The position numbers and the translations under genes were made by a program. Positions 17,156-25,551 of a stretch of DNA of 64,000 bases are shown here, in pieces. Source of the stretch: Clostridia bacterium (GTDB taxonomy: Bacteria > Bacillota > Clostridia > Oscillospirales > RGIG577). Where the stretch lies: positions 1,874 through 65,873 of the forward strand of contig JAFQZS010000001.1 of the NCBI GenBank assembly GCA_017405765.1, in the 5' to 3' direction. The notes below the pieces were generated by a model that was given only the letters and a program-made list of their open reading frames with translations, did not search any database and had not been told where the DNA came from. Every line of letters begins with the position of its first letter. Positions within the stretch are counted from its first letter, which is position 1.

Positions 17156-18457
17156 TTAGATAGCTTCGCCAACTTCTCTCCAGTACTTAGCTCTTGCCTT
17201 CTTACCTGCAGCAAATACAATGATAACAAATACTATACCGATTACGTTGCAGACTGCGTTGAAGATGTAGGAGCCCATGTAGGAGCCAACAGCCTCAAGG
17301 AATACTGCGTTAAGAGAGTAAGTAAGACCGGTACCTGCGGACATACCCATGAATACGATAGGATAAAGCAGACCATAGTCTCTCATACCGAATATCTCAC
17401 GGATGATAACCGGGCCCTGCATGGTGGTCAGCGATACGGTAGTACCGTAGAGAACTGCGCAGAGAGCGATTACGCCCAAGGAAGGATTGCTGTGCTGGAT
17501 CATCATGATGATCATTGCAACAGTACCGATTATCGAGAAGATGATGAACGTGTTTCTCGGACCGATCTTCTTGGAGTCGTTCATTGCGCCGCCGATGATC
17601 TTAAATGCTGCAGCTGCAAGCATTGCTGCGGTAGCGAGGAACGATGCGGATACGAGGTCGAAGCCGTAGGTTACGCCTGCGTTTACCCAGTGCTGGTTGA
17701 AGCCGGTGCAGAAGCCGCTGAACATGATCGTTACGAGAGCGAGCCAGAGAGCAGCGGACTTGTAAGCGTATTTCTTCGGGATACCGGGGAACTCTTTTAT
17801 CTCGACCTGATCCTTAATGTCCTTCATTTCCTCGGACTCTTCGATACCGTAGGGCTTTAAGCCCATATCAGCCGGCTTACTTCTTAAGAAGATAAGCGTT
17901 ACGATAGGGAAGATAAGTGCGATGATACCTGCTACTCTGTAGCCGTATCTCCAGTCGTGGTTAACGATGATGGTTGCAAAAATCGGGTTGTAAAGCGCGC
18001 CGCCGATACCGGTCATCATGTAAGAGATACCCATAACGAGCGCTCTGTGCTTTATAAACCAGTTGTTGATAAGAACCGGAACAACGTTTAACGCTGCGAA
18101 TGCGCCCATAGCGCCGCAAAGAGCAGCGGTTAAATAGAAGTGCCAGATCTGAGTGGAAGATGCGTAAAGGAACATGCAGGCAGCAATTACAAAGCCGCCG
18201 ATCGTGGTAACCTTTCTCGGACCCCACTTAGCGAATGCCTTACCACCGAGCCAATAGAATGCAACGGTGATCCAAGATGCGATCGTCATTATAAGCGAAA
18301 CCTGCGAGGTCTGGAAGCCGAGGTCTATAGCAATCGGGCCCATAAACAGACCGTACGTATTACTGATAAGACCAACGCCGCAAAGACCGGCTAAGCAGCA
18401 AATAATGAAGATTACCCAACAATACCTGTTCTTTTTTACCGGTTGTTGTTCTGCCAT
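17156..18457 (-). CDS. MFS transporter (OFA/monocarboxylate-transporter-like)
   Basis: 433 aa, about 12 hydrophobic helices arranged 6+6 with a central charged loop 'GIEESEEMKDIKDQVEIKE'. Confidence 0.8.
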   Translation of the reverse strand: MAEQQPVKKNRYCWVIFIICCLAGLCGVGLISNTYGLFMGPIAIDLGFQTSQVSLIMTIASWITVAFYWLGGKAFAKWGPRKVTTIGGFVIAACMFLYASSTQIWHFYLTAALCGAMGAFAALNVVPVLINNWFIKHRALVMGISYMMTGIGGALYNPIFATIIVNHDWRYGYRVAGIIALIFPIVTLIFLRSKPADMGLKPYGIEESEEMKDIKDQVEIKEFPGIPKKYAYKSAALWLALVTIMFSGFCTGFNQHWVNAGVTYGFDLVSASFLATAAMLAAAAFKIIGGAMNDSKKIGPRNTFIIFSIIGTVAMIIMMIQHSNPSLGVIALCAVLYGTTVSLTTMQGPVIIREIFGMRDYGLLYPIVFMGMSAGTGLTYSLNAVFLEAVGSYMGSYIFNAVCNVIGIVFVIIVFAAGKKARAKYWREVGEAI

Positions 18458-18590
18458 AGTAAAAAAACCTCCTATAAAATAAATTTAATAAATAAACCTG
18501 TTCCCTTTTCCCCGAACCTAAATGCAATCTGTGTTTTTTAGAGCGAGAGCAAATTAGGCAAAAATAGGGGAACAATTGTTTATACAAAGT

Positions 18591-18619
18591 ATGATAACAC
18601 CAAGTTCACAATTTGTCAA
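18591..18619 (-). promoter_or_regulatory. Putative sigma-A promoter of the MFS gene
   Basis: On the minus strand: TTGACA, 17 nt, TGtTATCAT (extended -10). Confidence 0.5.
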
Positions 18620-18634
18620 ACTATTTGTCAAACT
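18611..18634. repeat. Perfect tandem 12-mer (atttgtcaaact x2) overlapping the stop of paralog 2 and the -35 of the MFS promoter
   Basis: 18611-18622 and 18623-18634 are identical. Each copy contains TTGACA on the minus strand. Confidence 0.8.
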
Positions 18635-19664
18635 TTATCATTATTTTTATGTCTGTGCCGTTCGGGTTCTCAAGATCTTCAAACGCCTGCTGAACCTCTT
18701 CGAGCTTTATATCTCTCGAATACTGCTTCAGAACGTTGAATTCCTTGTTAGCGATTATCTGCATAACTTCCTTGAACTCGGGTGCGGTATAGCCGAGGAT
18801 GCCTATAACCGTAAGTCTGTAAAGCATCGTGTGGAAAATTGAGAACGGCTTCGGCTGAAGCTGTACGCCGATGAGGGCAACCTTGCCGCGCATCTTCATA
18901 GCTGCAAGACCGGTGTTCGTACCGTTTATGTTGCCGGAGCACTCGATGAAGTAATCGAAGCCCTTGCCGCCCGTTGCAACGCGGAGCTTTTCAACTATCT
19001 TTTCATCCTTGCCGTCAAACAGCTCGTCTATGTAGCCGTCGGCCTTTACCTTATTACCGCGGAACTCGTTTACCTCGGTCATTGCAACATATTTTGCACC
19101 GAAATACTTTGCCCACTGTGCGGCGCAGGAACCTATGATGCCGCCGCCGGAAACGAGGACGGTCGCGCCTCTCGAAATACCGAGCTGCTTGCATGCCGAA
19201 TACGGCGTGGAAGCGGGCTCTATCATAGCAGCCTCTTCGTCGCTCATTGTGTCTGGAAGCTTAACTACCAGATGCGGAGCCGCAGCCATAAGGTCTGCAT
19301 ACGAGCCTCTTGCAGCTTCCTGCGGATAGTTGCCGGGAGCGGGAATTTTAGCGGTACAGTTGTCGAAATCGCCTCTGAGACATGCTTCGCAGCGGCCGCA
19401 GTAGGTCGTCAGCGGGATAGTGGTTATTCTGTCGCCTACCTTCAGGTCGGTCCTGCAGCCGGGATCGGCAACAACGCCTGCGTGCTCGTGTCCGGGAACG
19501 GTGCTGTTATACATGGCACCCGAGCCAACCTGCCAGAAATGCACGTCGGATCCGCAGATACCTACAGCCGTAGGCTTCATAAGTACCTTGTAACCGTCCG
19601 CCTTGGGAGCGTCGATCTGAACTATTTCTATTTTCTTGTCCGCGGTAATCATTGCAGCTTTCAT
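18621..19664 (-). CDS. Zinc-type MDR dehydrogenase paralog 2
   Basis: 347 aa. 'GICGSDVH', 'PGHEHAG', 'CGRCEACLRGDFDNC', 'MIEP', 'VLVSGGGIIGS' and 'VAMTEVN'. Confidence 0.85.
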   Translation of the reverse strand: MKAAMITADKKIEIVQIDAPKADGYKVLMKPTAVGICGSDVHFWQVGSGAMYNSTVPGHEHAGVVADPGCRTDLKVGDRITTIPLTTYCGRCEACLRGDFDNCTAKIPAPGNYPQEAARGSYADLMAAAPHLVVKLPDTMSDEEAAMIEPASTPYSACKQLGISRGATVLVSGGGIIGSCAAQWAKYFGAKYVAMTEVNEFRGNKVKADGYIDELFDGKDEKIVEKLRVATGGKGFDYFIECSGNINGTNTGLAAMKMRGKVALIGVQLQPKPFSIFHTMLYRLTVIGILGYTAPEFKEVMQIIANKEFNVLKQYSRDIKLEEVQQAFEDLENPNGTDIKIMIKFDK

Positions 19665-19711
19665 AATACATACACCTCTCTTGATTATTTTTCGATATGC
19701 TTTCTCGTATT

Positions 19712-19743
19712 ATTGAAAATCAGCAAAAATGCATATTTTCAAT
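19712..19743. promoter_or_regulatory. 9-bp perfect inverted repeat in the 5' UTR/operator position of paralog 2
   Basis: 'attgaaaat', 14 nt, 'attttcaat', located between the putative -10 and the RBS. Confidence 0.4.
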
Positions 19744-19749
19744 GATACT

Positions 19750-19778
19750 ATTTTATCATTATTGCATAAAAAACCCAA
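19750..19778 (-). promoter_or_regulatory. Putative sigma-A promoter of paralog 2
   Basis: On the minus strand: TTGGGT, 17 nt, TAAAAT. Confidence 0.4.
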
Positions 19779-19799
19779 TCGGAAAATTTGCCTATTTTT

Positions 19800-19819
19800 T
19801 TGTTTACACTTTGTTTACA
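19800..19819. repeat. Direct repeat TTGTTTACA x2 with 11-bp phasing, upstream of the paralog 2 promoter
   Basis: 19800-19808 and 19811-19819 are identical, spaced one helical turn apart. Confidence 0.6.
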
Positions 19820-20051
19820 TTTTATTAGGATTTTATTATTGAATGATAAAAAATCACCTTTTTTGACTATGTTTATAATACATTTCCTCATTTTTTACAT
19901 TATACAGGCAAGTTTTTTCTTCAAATTAGCTTGCTTAATATAAAAAACACTTCTTAATACTTAAAAAATCAGTGATTTTATAATTCTTTTTTCTTATCTG
20001 ATTTATTTTTACAGCACAGATCCTGCATCATAAGCTTTCTTAATAACAAAC

Positions 20052-20080
20052 GCGGTGCAGACTAAAACTGCCTGCACCGC
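20052..20080 (-). terminator. Terminator after paralog 3
   Basis: Stem 'gcggtgcag'/'ctgcaccgc', followed on the minus strand by GTTTGTTATT. Confidence 0.5.
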
Positions 20081-20105
20081 AAGTATTTATACTGTTATGC
20101 TATTA

Positions 20106-21149
20106 TCAGCCGCGCGGGAACTGTACCATGATCTTTACTTTGTCGCTGTCGGGCTTCTTTAATTCTTCATATGCAGCCTGGATGTCCTCTAACTTCCAGT
20201 CGCAGCTGTAGTGACGCATTACGTCTATCTTCTTGTCTGCGATGAGCTGTATAACTTCGTCGAACTCATCGAACGAATAGCAAAGGTGGAACTTGAGCGT
20301 AGGACGCTTGTAAAGCGCGGGAATAAGATTGAGCTGCGCCGGCTTGTCGGACGAACCGATCATAGTGATTGTCGCGCCGATCTTGCAGGCAAGAACAGCC
20401 GTATTTATCGGGACGGACTGACCGGTGCACTCGAAAGCAAAGTCAAAGCCCTTGCCGCCCGTCGCCTTTAAAAGCTTCTGTACAAGCTCGGGATCAGCGC
20501 CGTCGAACAGCTCGTCTATGTTGCCGTCCTTTAAGTTCTTTTCTCCTCTGAACTTATTTACCTCTACCATTGCAACGTAGCCTGCGCCGAAATATTTTGC
20601 CCACTGTGCAGCAAACGAACCGATTATGCCGCCGCCGAATACCAAAACCTTCTCGCCTGTCAGTATTCTTTGACGCTTAACAGCCGAATAGAGCGTTGCG
20701 CACGGCTCAACCATTGCTGCCTCTTCGTTAGACATGCTGTCGGGGATCTTTCTTACAAGCGAGGGAGCCGTTGCGAAATACTCGGCCATGGAGCCAGCGG
20801 GACCGTTCGGGAAGTTGCCTACGCCCGTTTCTCTGTTTTCGCAGCGGTCAAACTTATGTTCAAGGCAGGGGCCGCACTTTCCGCACGGAGCGGGAAGCGG
20901 TATGGACGTAACTCTGTCGCCCGGCTTTAAGTCGGTGCGTGCTCCGGGGTCAACGACTACGAGCGAATGCTCGTGTCCCACACGGGTGAATTTATGAGCG
21001 GGAAGGTCTCCAAGATCCCAGAAATGAAGGTCGGATCCACAGATACCTACGGTCTCAACTCTCGTTATTACGTGATAGCCGTCAGACTCGGGCATCGGGA
21101 AATCCTGTACTTCGATCTTTTTTGCGCCTGTGATTATTGCACCTTTCAT
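20106..21149 (-). CDS. Zinc-type MDR dehydrogenase paralog 3
   Basis: 347 aa. 'GICGSDLH', 'VGHEHS', 'CGKCGPCLEHKFDRC', 'MVEP', 'VFGGGIIGS' and 'VAMVEVN'. Confidence 0.85.
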   Translation of the reverse strand: MKGAIITGAKKIEVQDFPMPESDGYHVITRVETVGICGSDLHFWDLGDLPAHKFTRVGHEHSLVVVDPGARTDLKPGDRVTSIPLPAPCGKCGPCLEHKFDRCENRETGVGNFPNGPAGSMAEYFATAPSLVRKIPDSMSNEEAAMVEPCATLYSAVKRQRILTGEKVLVFGGGIIGSFAAQWAKYFGAGYVAMVEVNKFRGEKNLKDGNIDELFDGADPELVQKLLKATGGKGFDFAFECTGQSVPINTAVLACKIGATITMIGSSDKPAQLNLIPALYKRPTLKFHLCYSFDEFDEVIQLIADKKIDVMRHYSCDWKLEDIQAAYEELKKPDSDKVKIMVQFPRG

Positions 21150-21270
21150 GTTATGTATTCCTCCTATGATTATTTGGTTTGCTTAATAAGTATTGTTATC
21201 ATATCATATCTTTACAAAAAAGAAAATAGTTTTTTGAATTTTTTTGTTTAAATTTATCCATAGCAACCTT

Positions 21271-21747
21271 CTAATTCATAACTGCAACAAAAAAATTCAA
21301 AACTGCGGCGAATATTATCCACAAAAGATAAGGAATAAAAAGATAAAAAGAGACTTTATCAGCATCGCACATCTTGAAAAATGATGCGCCCGCCGTACCG
21401 ATAAGCAAAAGGAGCCAAAAAAACGCCGCCCAGAAATTGTTTAAAAGAAAAAATATCGGCGTCCACAAAAGGTTTATAACAAGCTGCACAGTAAAATAAT
21501 TAAGCGCATCCGCAACTTTTTCCGAGTCATTCTTTTCGGGCAGGTAAAAACGCAAACGATAAAGAACTACGCCCAAAACACCGTATAGTATCGGCCACAC
21601 GACCCCAAACACACCGGCGTGAGGCGCAAATGCGGGAAGCCTAAGGCTTTCGTATACTTCGGCCGCTCCCATCGCCGCCAGTCCCGATATGAATCCCAGC
21701 GCCTGAACAGCAGCAAGCGAAAGGATAAGTCTGCCGACTTGTTTCAT
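21271..21747 (-). CDS. tspO: TspO/MBR family tryptophan-rich sensory protein
   Basis: 158 aa, five TM helices. 'FGVVWPILYGVLGV' and 'LLWTPIFFLLNNFW' match TspO signatures. Confidence 0.75.
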   Translation of the reverse strand: MKQVGRLILSLAAVQALGFISGLAAMGAAEVYESLRLPAFAPHAGVFGVVWPILYGVLGVVLYRLRFYLPEKNDSEKVADALNYFTVQLVINLLWTPIFFLLNNFWAAFFWLLLLIGTAGASFFKMCDADKVSFYLFIPYLLWIIFAAVLNFFVAVMN

Positions 21748-21826
21748 ATGGATATCCTCCGAATTTCTTTTTTATAAGTATATCGCGGATATCACAATAT
21801 TATTCCGATCATAAAAGAACGCATAA

Positions 21827-21852
21827 AAGAACGCGGCTCGCTTGAGCCGCGT
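21827..21852 (-). terminator. Terminator after paralog 4
   Basis: Perfect 11-bp stem 'gaacgcggctc'/'gagccgcgttc', 4-nt loop, followed on the minus strand by TTTTAT. Confidence 0.65.
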
Positions 21853-21871
21853 TCTATAAGCATTATAATTA

Positions 21872-22915
21872 TCAGTCGCGCGGGAACTGTATCATTATCT
21901 TTACCTTATTGCAATCGGGCGACTGAAGTTCTCTGTAGCAGTCCTCTACATCCTCAAGTTTGCAGTCTGCGGAGTAGTATCTTGAAACGTCAAACTTCTT
22001 CGAAGCGATAAGATCCATTACCTCGCCGAACTCAGCGTCGGTGTAGCAAAGATATGCCTGAAGGCGTGCGCGCTTAAAGAGAGCAACAACGTTGTTGAAC
22101 TGTATCGGCTGTGCTGCTACGCCGATTATAGCGATGCGCGCATACATCTTGCTTGCGAGCATTGCCGTGTTGAGCGGTCCTGCCTGACCGGTACATTCGA
22201 GCACGAAGTCGAAGCCCTTGCCGCCGGAAGCCTTTATGAGCTTTTGTAAAAGCTCGGGGTCCTTGCCGTCGAACAGCTCGTCTATGTTGCCTACCTCGAG
22301 GTTTCGGTTGCCTCTGAACTTGTTTACCTCTACCATTGCAACATAATCTGCGCCGAAGTATTTAGCCCACTGTGCGGCAAACGATCCGATAATGCCGCCG
22401 CCGAATACGAGTACCTTGTGGCCGCGCTTTATGCCCATATCCTTAACTGCGGAATAGGGGGTCGCACAGGGCTCTACCATCGACGCTTCTTCATTAGTCA
22501 TGCCGTCCGGTATCTTTCTTACGAGATTGGGAGCAGTGATAAAATATTCAGCATACGTTCCCGCAGGGCCGTCGGCAAAGTTTCCTACGCCCTTTATTCT
22601 GTTCGTGCATTCGTCATAGCGATGCTCCATGCACGCCGTGCATTTTCCGCAGGGAGCGCTTACAGGAAGCGAAGTGATCCTGTCGCCCACTTTAAGGTCG
22701 GTACGCGATCCGGGGTCAACTACTATGCCGGCATGCTCATGACCGGGGCGTATGCCCTGATAGCCCGGCAGATTGCCCATCTCCCACATATGTATGTCGG
22801 AGCCGCAGATGCCGCAGGTCTGCACCTTCATAATTACGTTTCTACCGTCCGGCTCGGGATTCGGGAAATCCTTGATCTCAAGCTTCTTATAATCGGTAAT
22901 TATTGCGCCTTTCAT
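21872..22915 (-). CDS. Zinc-type MDR dehydrogenase paralog 4
   Basis: 347 aa from the ATG at 22915 (RBS AGGAGGAA). 'GICGSDIH', 'GHEHAG', 'CGKCTACMEHRYDEC', 'MVEP' and 'VFGGGIIGS'. Confidence 0.88.
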   Translation of the reverse strand: MKGAIITDYKKLEIKDFPNPEPDGRNVIMKVQTCGICGSDIHMWEMGNLPGYQGIRPGHEHAGIVVDPGSRTDLKVGDRITSLPVSAPCGKCTACMEHRYDECTNRIKGVGNFADGPAGTYAEYFITAPNLVRKIPDGMTNEEASMVEPCATPYSAVKDMGIKRGHKVLVFGGGIIGSFAAQWAKYFGADYVAMVEVNKFRGNRNLEVGNIDELFDGKDPELLQKLIKASGGKGFDFVLECTGQAGPLNTAMLASKMYARIAIIGVAAQPIQFNNVVALFKRARLQAYLCYTDAEFGEVMDLIASKKFDVSRYYSADCKLEDVEDCYRELQSPDCNKVKIMIQFPRD

Positions 22916-22970
22916 TTTACACATTCCTCCTGTTTATATATTTTTTAATGGCCTGTTTCAAGTTATATAT

Positions 22971-22998
22971 ATTATATCACTTTGTTTAAAAAATCCAA
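22971..22998 (-). promoter_or_regulatory. Putative sigma-A promoter of paralog 4
   Basis: On the minus strand: TTGGAT, 16 nt, TGaTATAAT, with an A/T-rich tract upstream. Confidence 0.5.
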
Positions 22999-23062
22999 TA
23001 CCTTTTTTGTGTTTTTTGTATGTTTTTTCAAAATAAAGTCATACCGTGAAAAACACATCGGT

Positions 23063-24106
23063 CTAATCTCTCGGGAACTGTATCATTATCTTTATCTTAT
23101 TGCAGTCAGGAGACTGAAGCTCCCTATAGCAATCCTCTACCTCTTCTAACTTGCAGTCCGCCGAGTAGTATTTTAAAACGTCGAACTTCTTTTCGGCGAT
23201 CAGCCTCATTACCTCGTCGAACTCGGCGTCGGTATAGGTAAAATATGCCTGAAGGCGGGCGCGTTTGAAAAGTGCTGCGACGCTGTTGAAGGTAAGCGGA
23301 GCGGACGCCGAGCCTATCAGCGCTATGCGGGCGCGCATCTTGCTAGCCATGATCGCCATATTCAAGGGGTCGGACTGGCCCGTGCATTCAACTACATAGT
23401 CAAATCCGCGTCCTCCCGTCGCCTTTAAAAGCTTACCTAAAAGCTCGGGGTCTTTCCCGTTGAACAGCTCGTCTATATTGCCTAATTCAAGGTTCTTTTT
23501 TCCTCTGAATTCATTTACCTCAACCATCGCAACATAGCTTGCGCCGAAGTATTTCGACCACTGCGCTGCAAACGAACCGATTATGCCGCCGCCGAATACC
23601 AAGACCTTATCTTGGCGCTTTATGCCCATATCCTTGACTGCGGAGTACGGAGTCGCGCACGGTTCTATCATCGCCGCTTCCTCGTTCGTCATGGTGTCTG
23701 GTATCTTTCTTACGAGAAACGGCGGTGTGATAAAATATTCCGCGTACGTTCCGGCCGGGCCGTCGGAATAGCATCCCACGCCCTTCGTTCTGTTCACGCA
23801 GTCGTCATAGCGATGCTCAAGACATGCGGTACACACGCCGCACTCGGTATTTCTCGGGATCGAGGTTATCCTGTCCCCCACTTTAAGGTCGGTGCGCGAT
23901 CCGGGATCTATAACTATGCCCGCATGCTCATGTCCCGGGCGCACGTTATGAAATCCGGGCTGATCGCCCAGCTCCCATATATGTATGTCGGAACCGCAAA
24001 TTCCGCAGGTCTGCACTTTCATGATAACGTTTTTGCCGTCCGGCTCGGGCTTAGGAAAGTCTCTTATCTCAAGCTTCTTATGATCGGTGATTATTGCGCC
24101 CTTCAT
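23063..24106 (-). CDS. Zinc-type MDR dehydrogenase paralog 5
   Basis: 347 aa with the same motif set ('GICGSDIH', 'GHEHAG', 'CGVCTACLEHRYDDC', 'MIEP', 'VFGGGIIGS'). Confidence 0.88.
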   Translation of the reverse strand: MKGAIITDHKKLEIRDFPKPEPDGKNVIMKVQTCGICGSDIHIWELGDQPGFHNVRPGHEHAGIVIDPGSRTDLKVGDRITSIPRNTECGVCTACLEHRYDDCVNRTKGVGCYSDGPAGTYAEYFITPPFLVRKIPDTMTNEEAAMIEPCATPYSAVKDMGIKRQDKVLVFGGGIIGSFAAQWSKYFGASYVAMVEVNEFRGKKNLELGNIDELFNGKDPELLGKLLKATGGRGFDYVVECTGQSDPLNMAIMASKMRARIALIGSASAPLTFNSVAALFKRARLQAYFTYTDAEFDEVMRLIAEKKFDVLKYYSADCKLEEVEDCYRELQSPDCNKIKIMIQFPRD

Positions 24107-24158
24107 TTCACAGTTCTCCTCATATGGTTTTTTAAAACTATTGTCCTGATTTATGTTT

Positions 24159-24186
24159 ATTATATCATATTATCACAAAAATCCAA
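24159..24186 (-). promoter_or_regulatory. Putative sigma-A promoter of paralog 5
   Basis: On the minus strand: TTGGAT, 16 nt, TGaTATAAT. Confidence 0.5.
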
Positions 24187-24262
24187 GCCATTTTTTATGA
24201 CTTTTTGTGTATTGTTATTATTGGACGATTTCTGATTAGCTCATTCGTTTTTCCGGCAAAAA

Positions 24263-24291
24263 TTAAGCGCGGTGTTTTAAACCGCGCTTAA
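24263..24291 (-). terminator. Terminator after paralog 6
   Basis: Stem 'ttaagcgcggt'/'accgcgcttaa', followed on the minus strand by TTTTTG. Confidence 0.65.
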
Positions 24292-24309
24292 AATGTATTT
24301 CGCTGTAAT

Positions 24310-25353
24310 TTAATCTCTCGGGAACTGGATCATTATCTTTATCTTATCGCAGTTGGGAGACTGAAGCTCATGATAGCAATCCTGTACTTCCTCAAGCTTG
24401 CAGTCTGCGGAGTAATATCTTAAAACGTCGAACTTCTTCGCCGCAATAAGGTTCATTACCTCGTTAAATTCAGCGTCCGTGTAGGTAAGGTATGCCTGAA
24501 GACGTGCGCGCTTAAAGAGAGCAACAACGTTGTTGAAGAGTATCGGCGTTGCCGATACGCCGATTATTGCAACGCGTGCGCGCATCTTGCTTGCGAGCAT
24601 TGCCGTGTTGAGCGGTCCTGCCTGGCCTGTGCATTCAAGCACGTAATCGAAGCCCTTGCCGTCCGTAACCTTTAAAAGCTTATTGAGAAGCTCGGGGTCC
24701 TTTCCGTCGAACAACTCGTCGATATTGCCCATCTCGAGGTTTTTCTTGCCTCTGAATTCGTTTACCTCTACCATTGCAACGTAATCAGCGCCGAAGAATT
24801 TTGCCCACTGTGCGGAAACGGAACCGATTATGCCGCCGCCGAATACCAAAACCTTATCTCCGCGTTTTATACCCATATCCTTGACTGCGGAATACGGAGT
24901 TGCGCAGGGTTCTATCATTGCAGCCTCTTCGTTCGTCATGGTGTCGGGTATCTTTCTTACGAGGTTGGGCGCCGTGCTGAAATACTCAGCATAAGTTCCG
25001 GCGGGACCGTCCGGGAAGTTGCCTACGCCTTTTATTATATGAGTACAATCGTCGAAACGGCGCTCCATGCACGCCGTACACTCGCCGCACGCGGTTCTGT
25101 TCGGAAGCGAAGTGATCCTGTCGCCTACTTTAAGGTCGGTACGCGATCCGGGGTCAACTACTATGCCGGCATGCTCGTGTCCGGGACGTATGCCTTTATT
25201 GCGCGCATCTCCGCCTCCCTCCCACATATGTATGTCGGAGCCGCAAATACCGCAGGTCTGTACCTTCATGATAACGTTTTTGCCGTCCGGCTCGGGTTTT
25301 GGAAAATCCCTGATCTCAAGCTTCTTGTAATCGGTAATTATTGCACCTTTCAT
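24310..25353 (-). CDS. Zinc-type MDR dehydrogenase paralog 6
   Basis: 347 aa with the same motif set ('GICGSDIH', 'GHEHAG', 'CGECTACMERRFDDC', 'MIEP', 'VFGGGIIGS'). Confidence 0.88.
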   Translation of the reverse strand: MKGAIITDYKKLEIRDFPKPEPDGKNVIMKVQTCGICGSDIHMWEGGGDARNKGIRPGHEHAGIVVDPGSRTDLKVGDRITSLPNRTACGECTACMERRFDDCTHIIKGVGNFPDGPAGTYAEYFSTAPNLVRKIPDTMTNEEAAMIEPCATPYSAVKDMGIKRGDKVLVFGGGIIGSVSAQWAKFFGADYVAMVEVNEFRGKKNLEMGNIDELFDGKDPELLNKLLKVTDGKGFDYVLECTGQAGPLNTAMLASKMRARVAIIGVSATPILFNNVVALFKRARLQAYLTYTDAEFNEVMNLIAAKKFDVLRYYSADCKLEEVQDCYHELQSPNCDKIKIMIQFPRD

Positions 25354-25411
25354 TTCACGTTCCTCCTTAATATATAATGTTTATAAGATTTGCTCGTATA
25401 AGTATATAATT

Positions 25412-25439
25412 GTTATATCATATTATTACAAAAATCCAA
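25412..25439 (-). promoter_or_regulatory. Putative sigma-A promoter of paralog 6
   Basis: On the minus strand: TTGGAT, 16 nt, TGaTATAAC. Confidence 0.45.
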
Positions 25440-25507
25440 GCCCCTTTTTTATATTTTTTGTGTATTTTATTTATTAGTCTAAAAGAGCATTTTTGCGCAT
25501 ATAAAAA

Positions 25508-25535
25508 GGGGCGCGGCAAGAATACCGCGCTCCCC
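25508..25535 (-). terminator. Terminator after paralog 7
   Basis: GC stem 'ggggcgcgg'/'ccgcgctcccc', followed on the minus strand by CTTTTTAT. Confidence 0.6.
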
Positions 25536-25551
25536 CAAAAATCGGCGTTTT

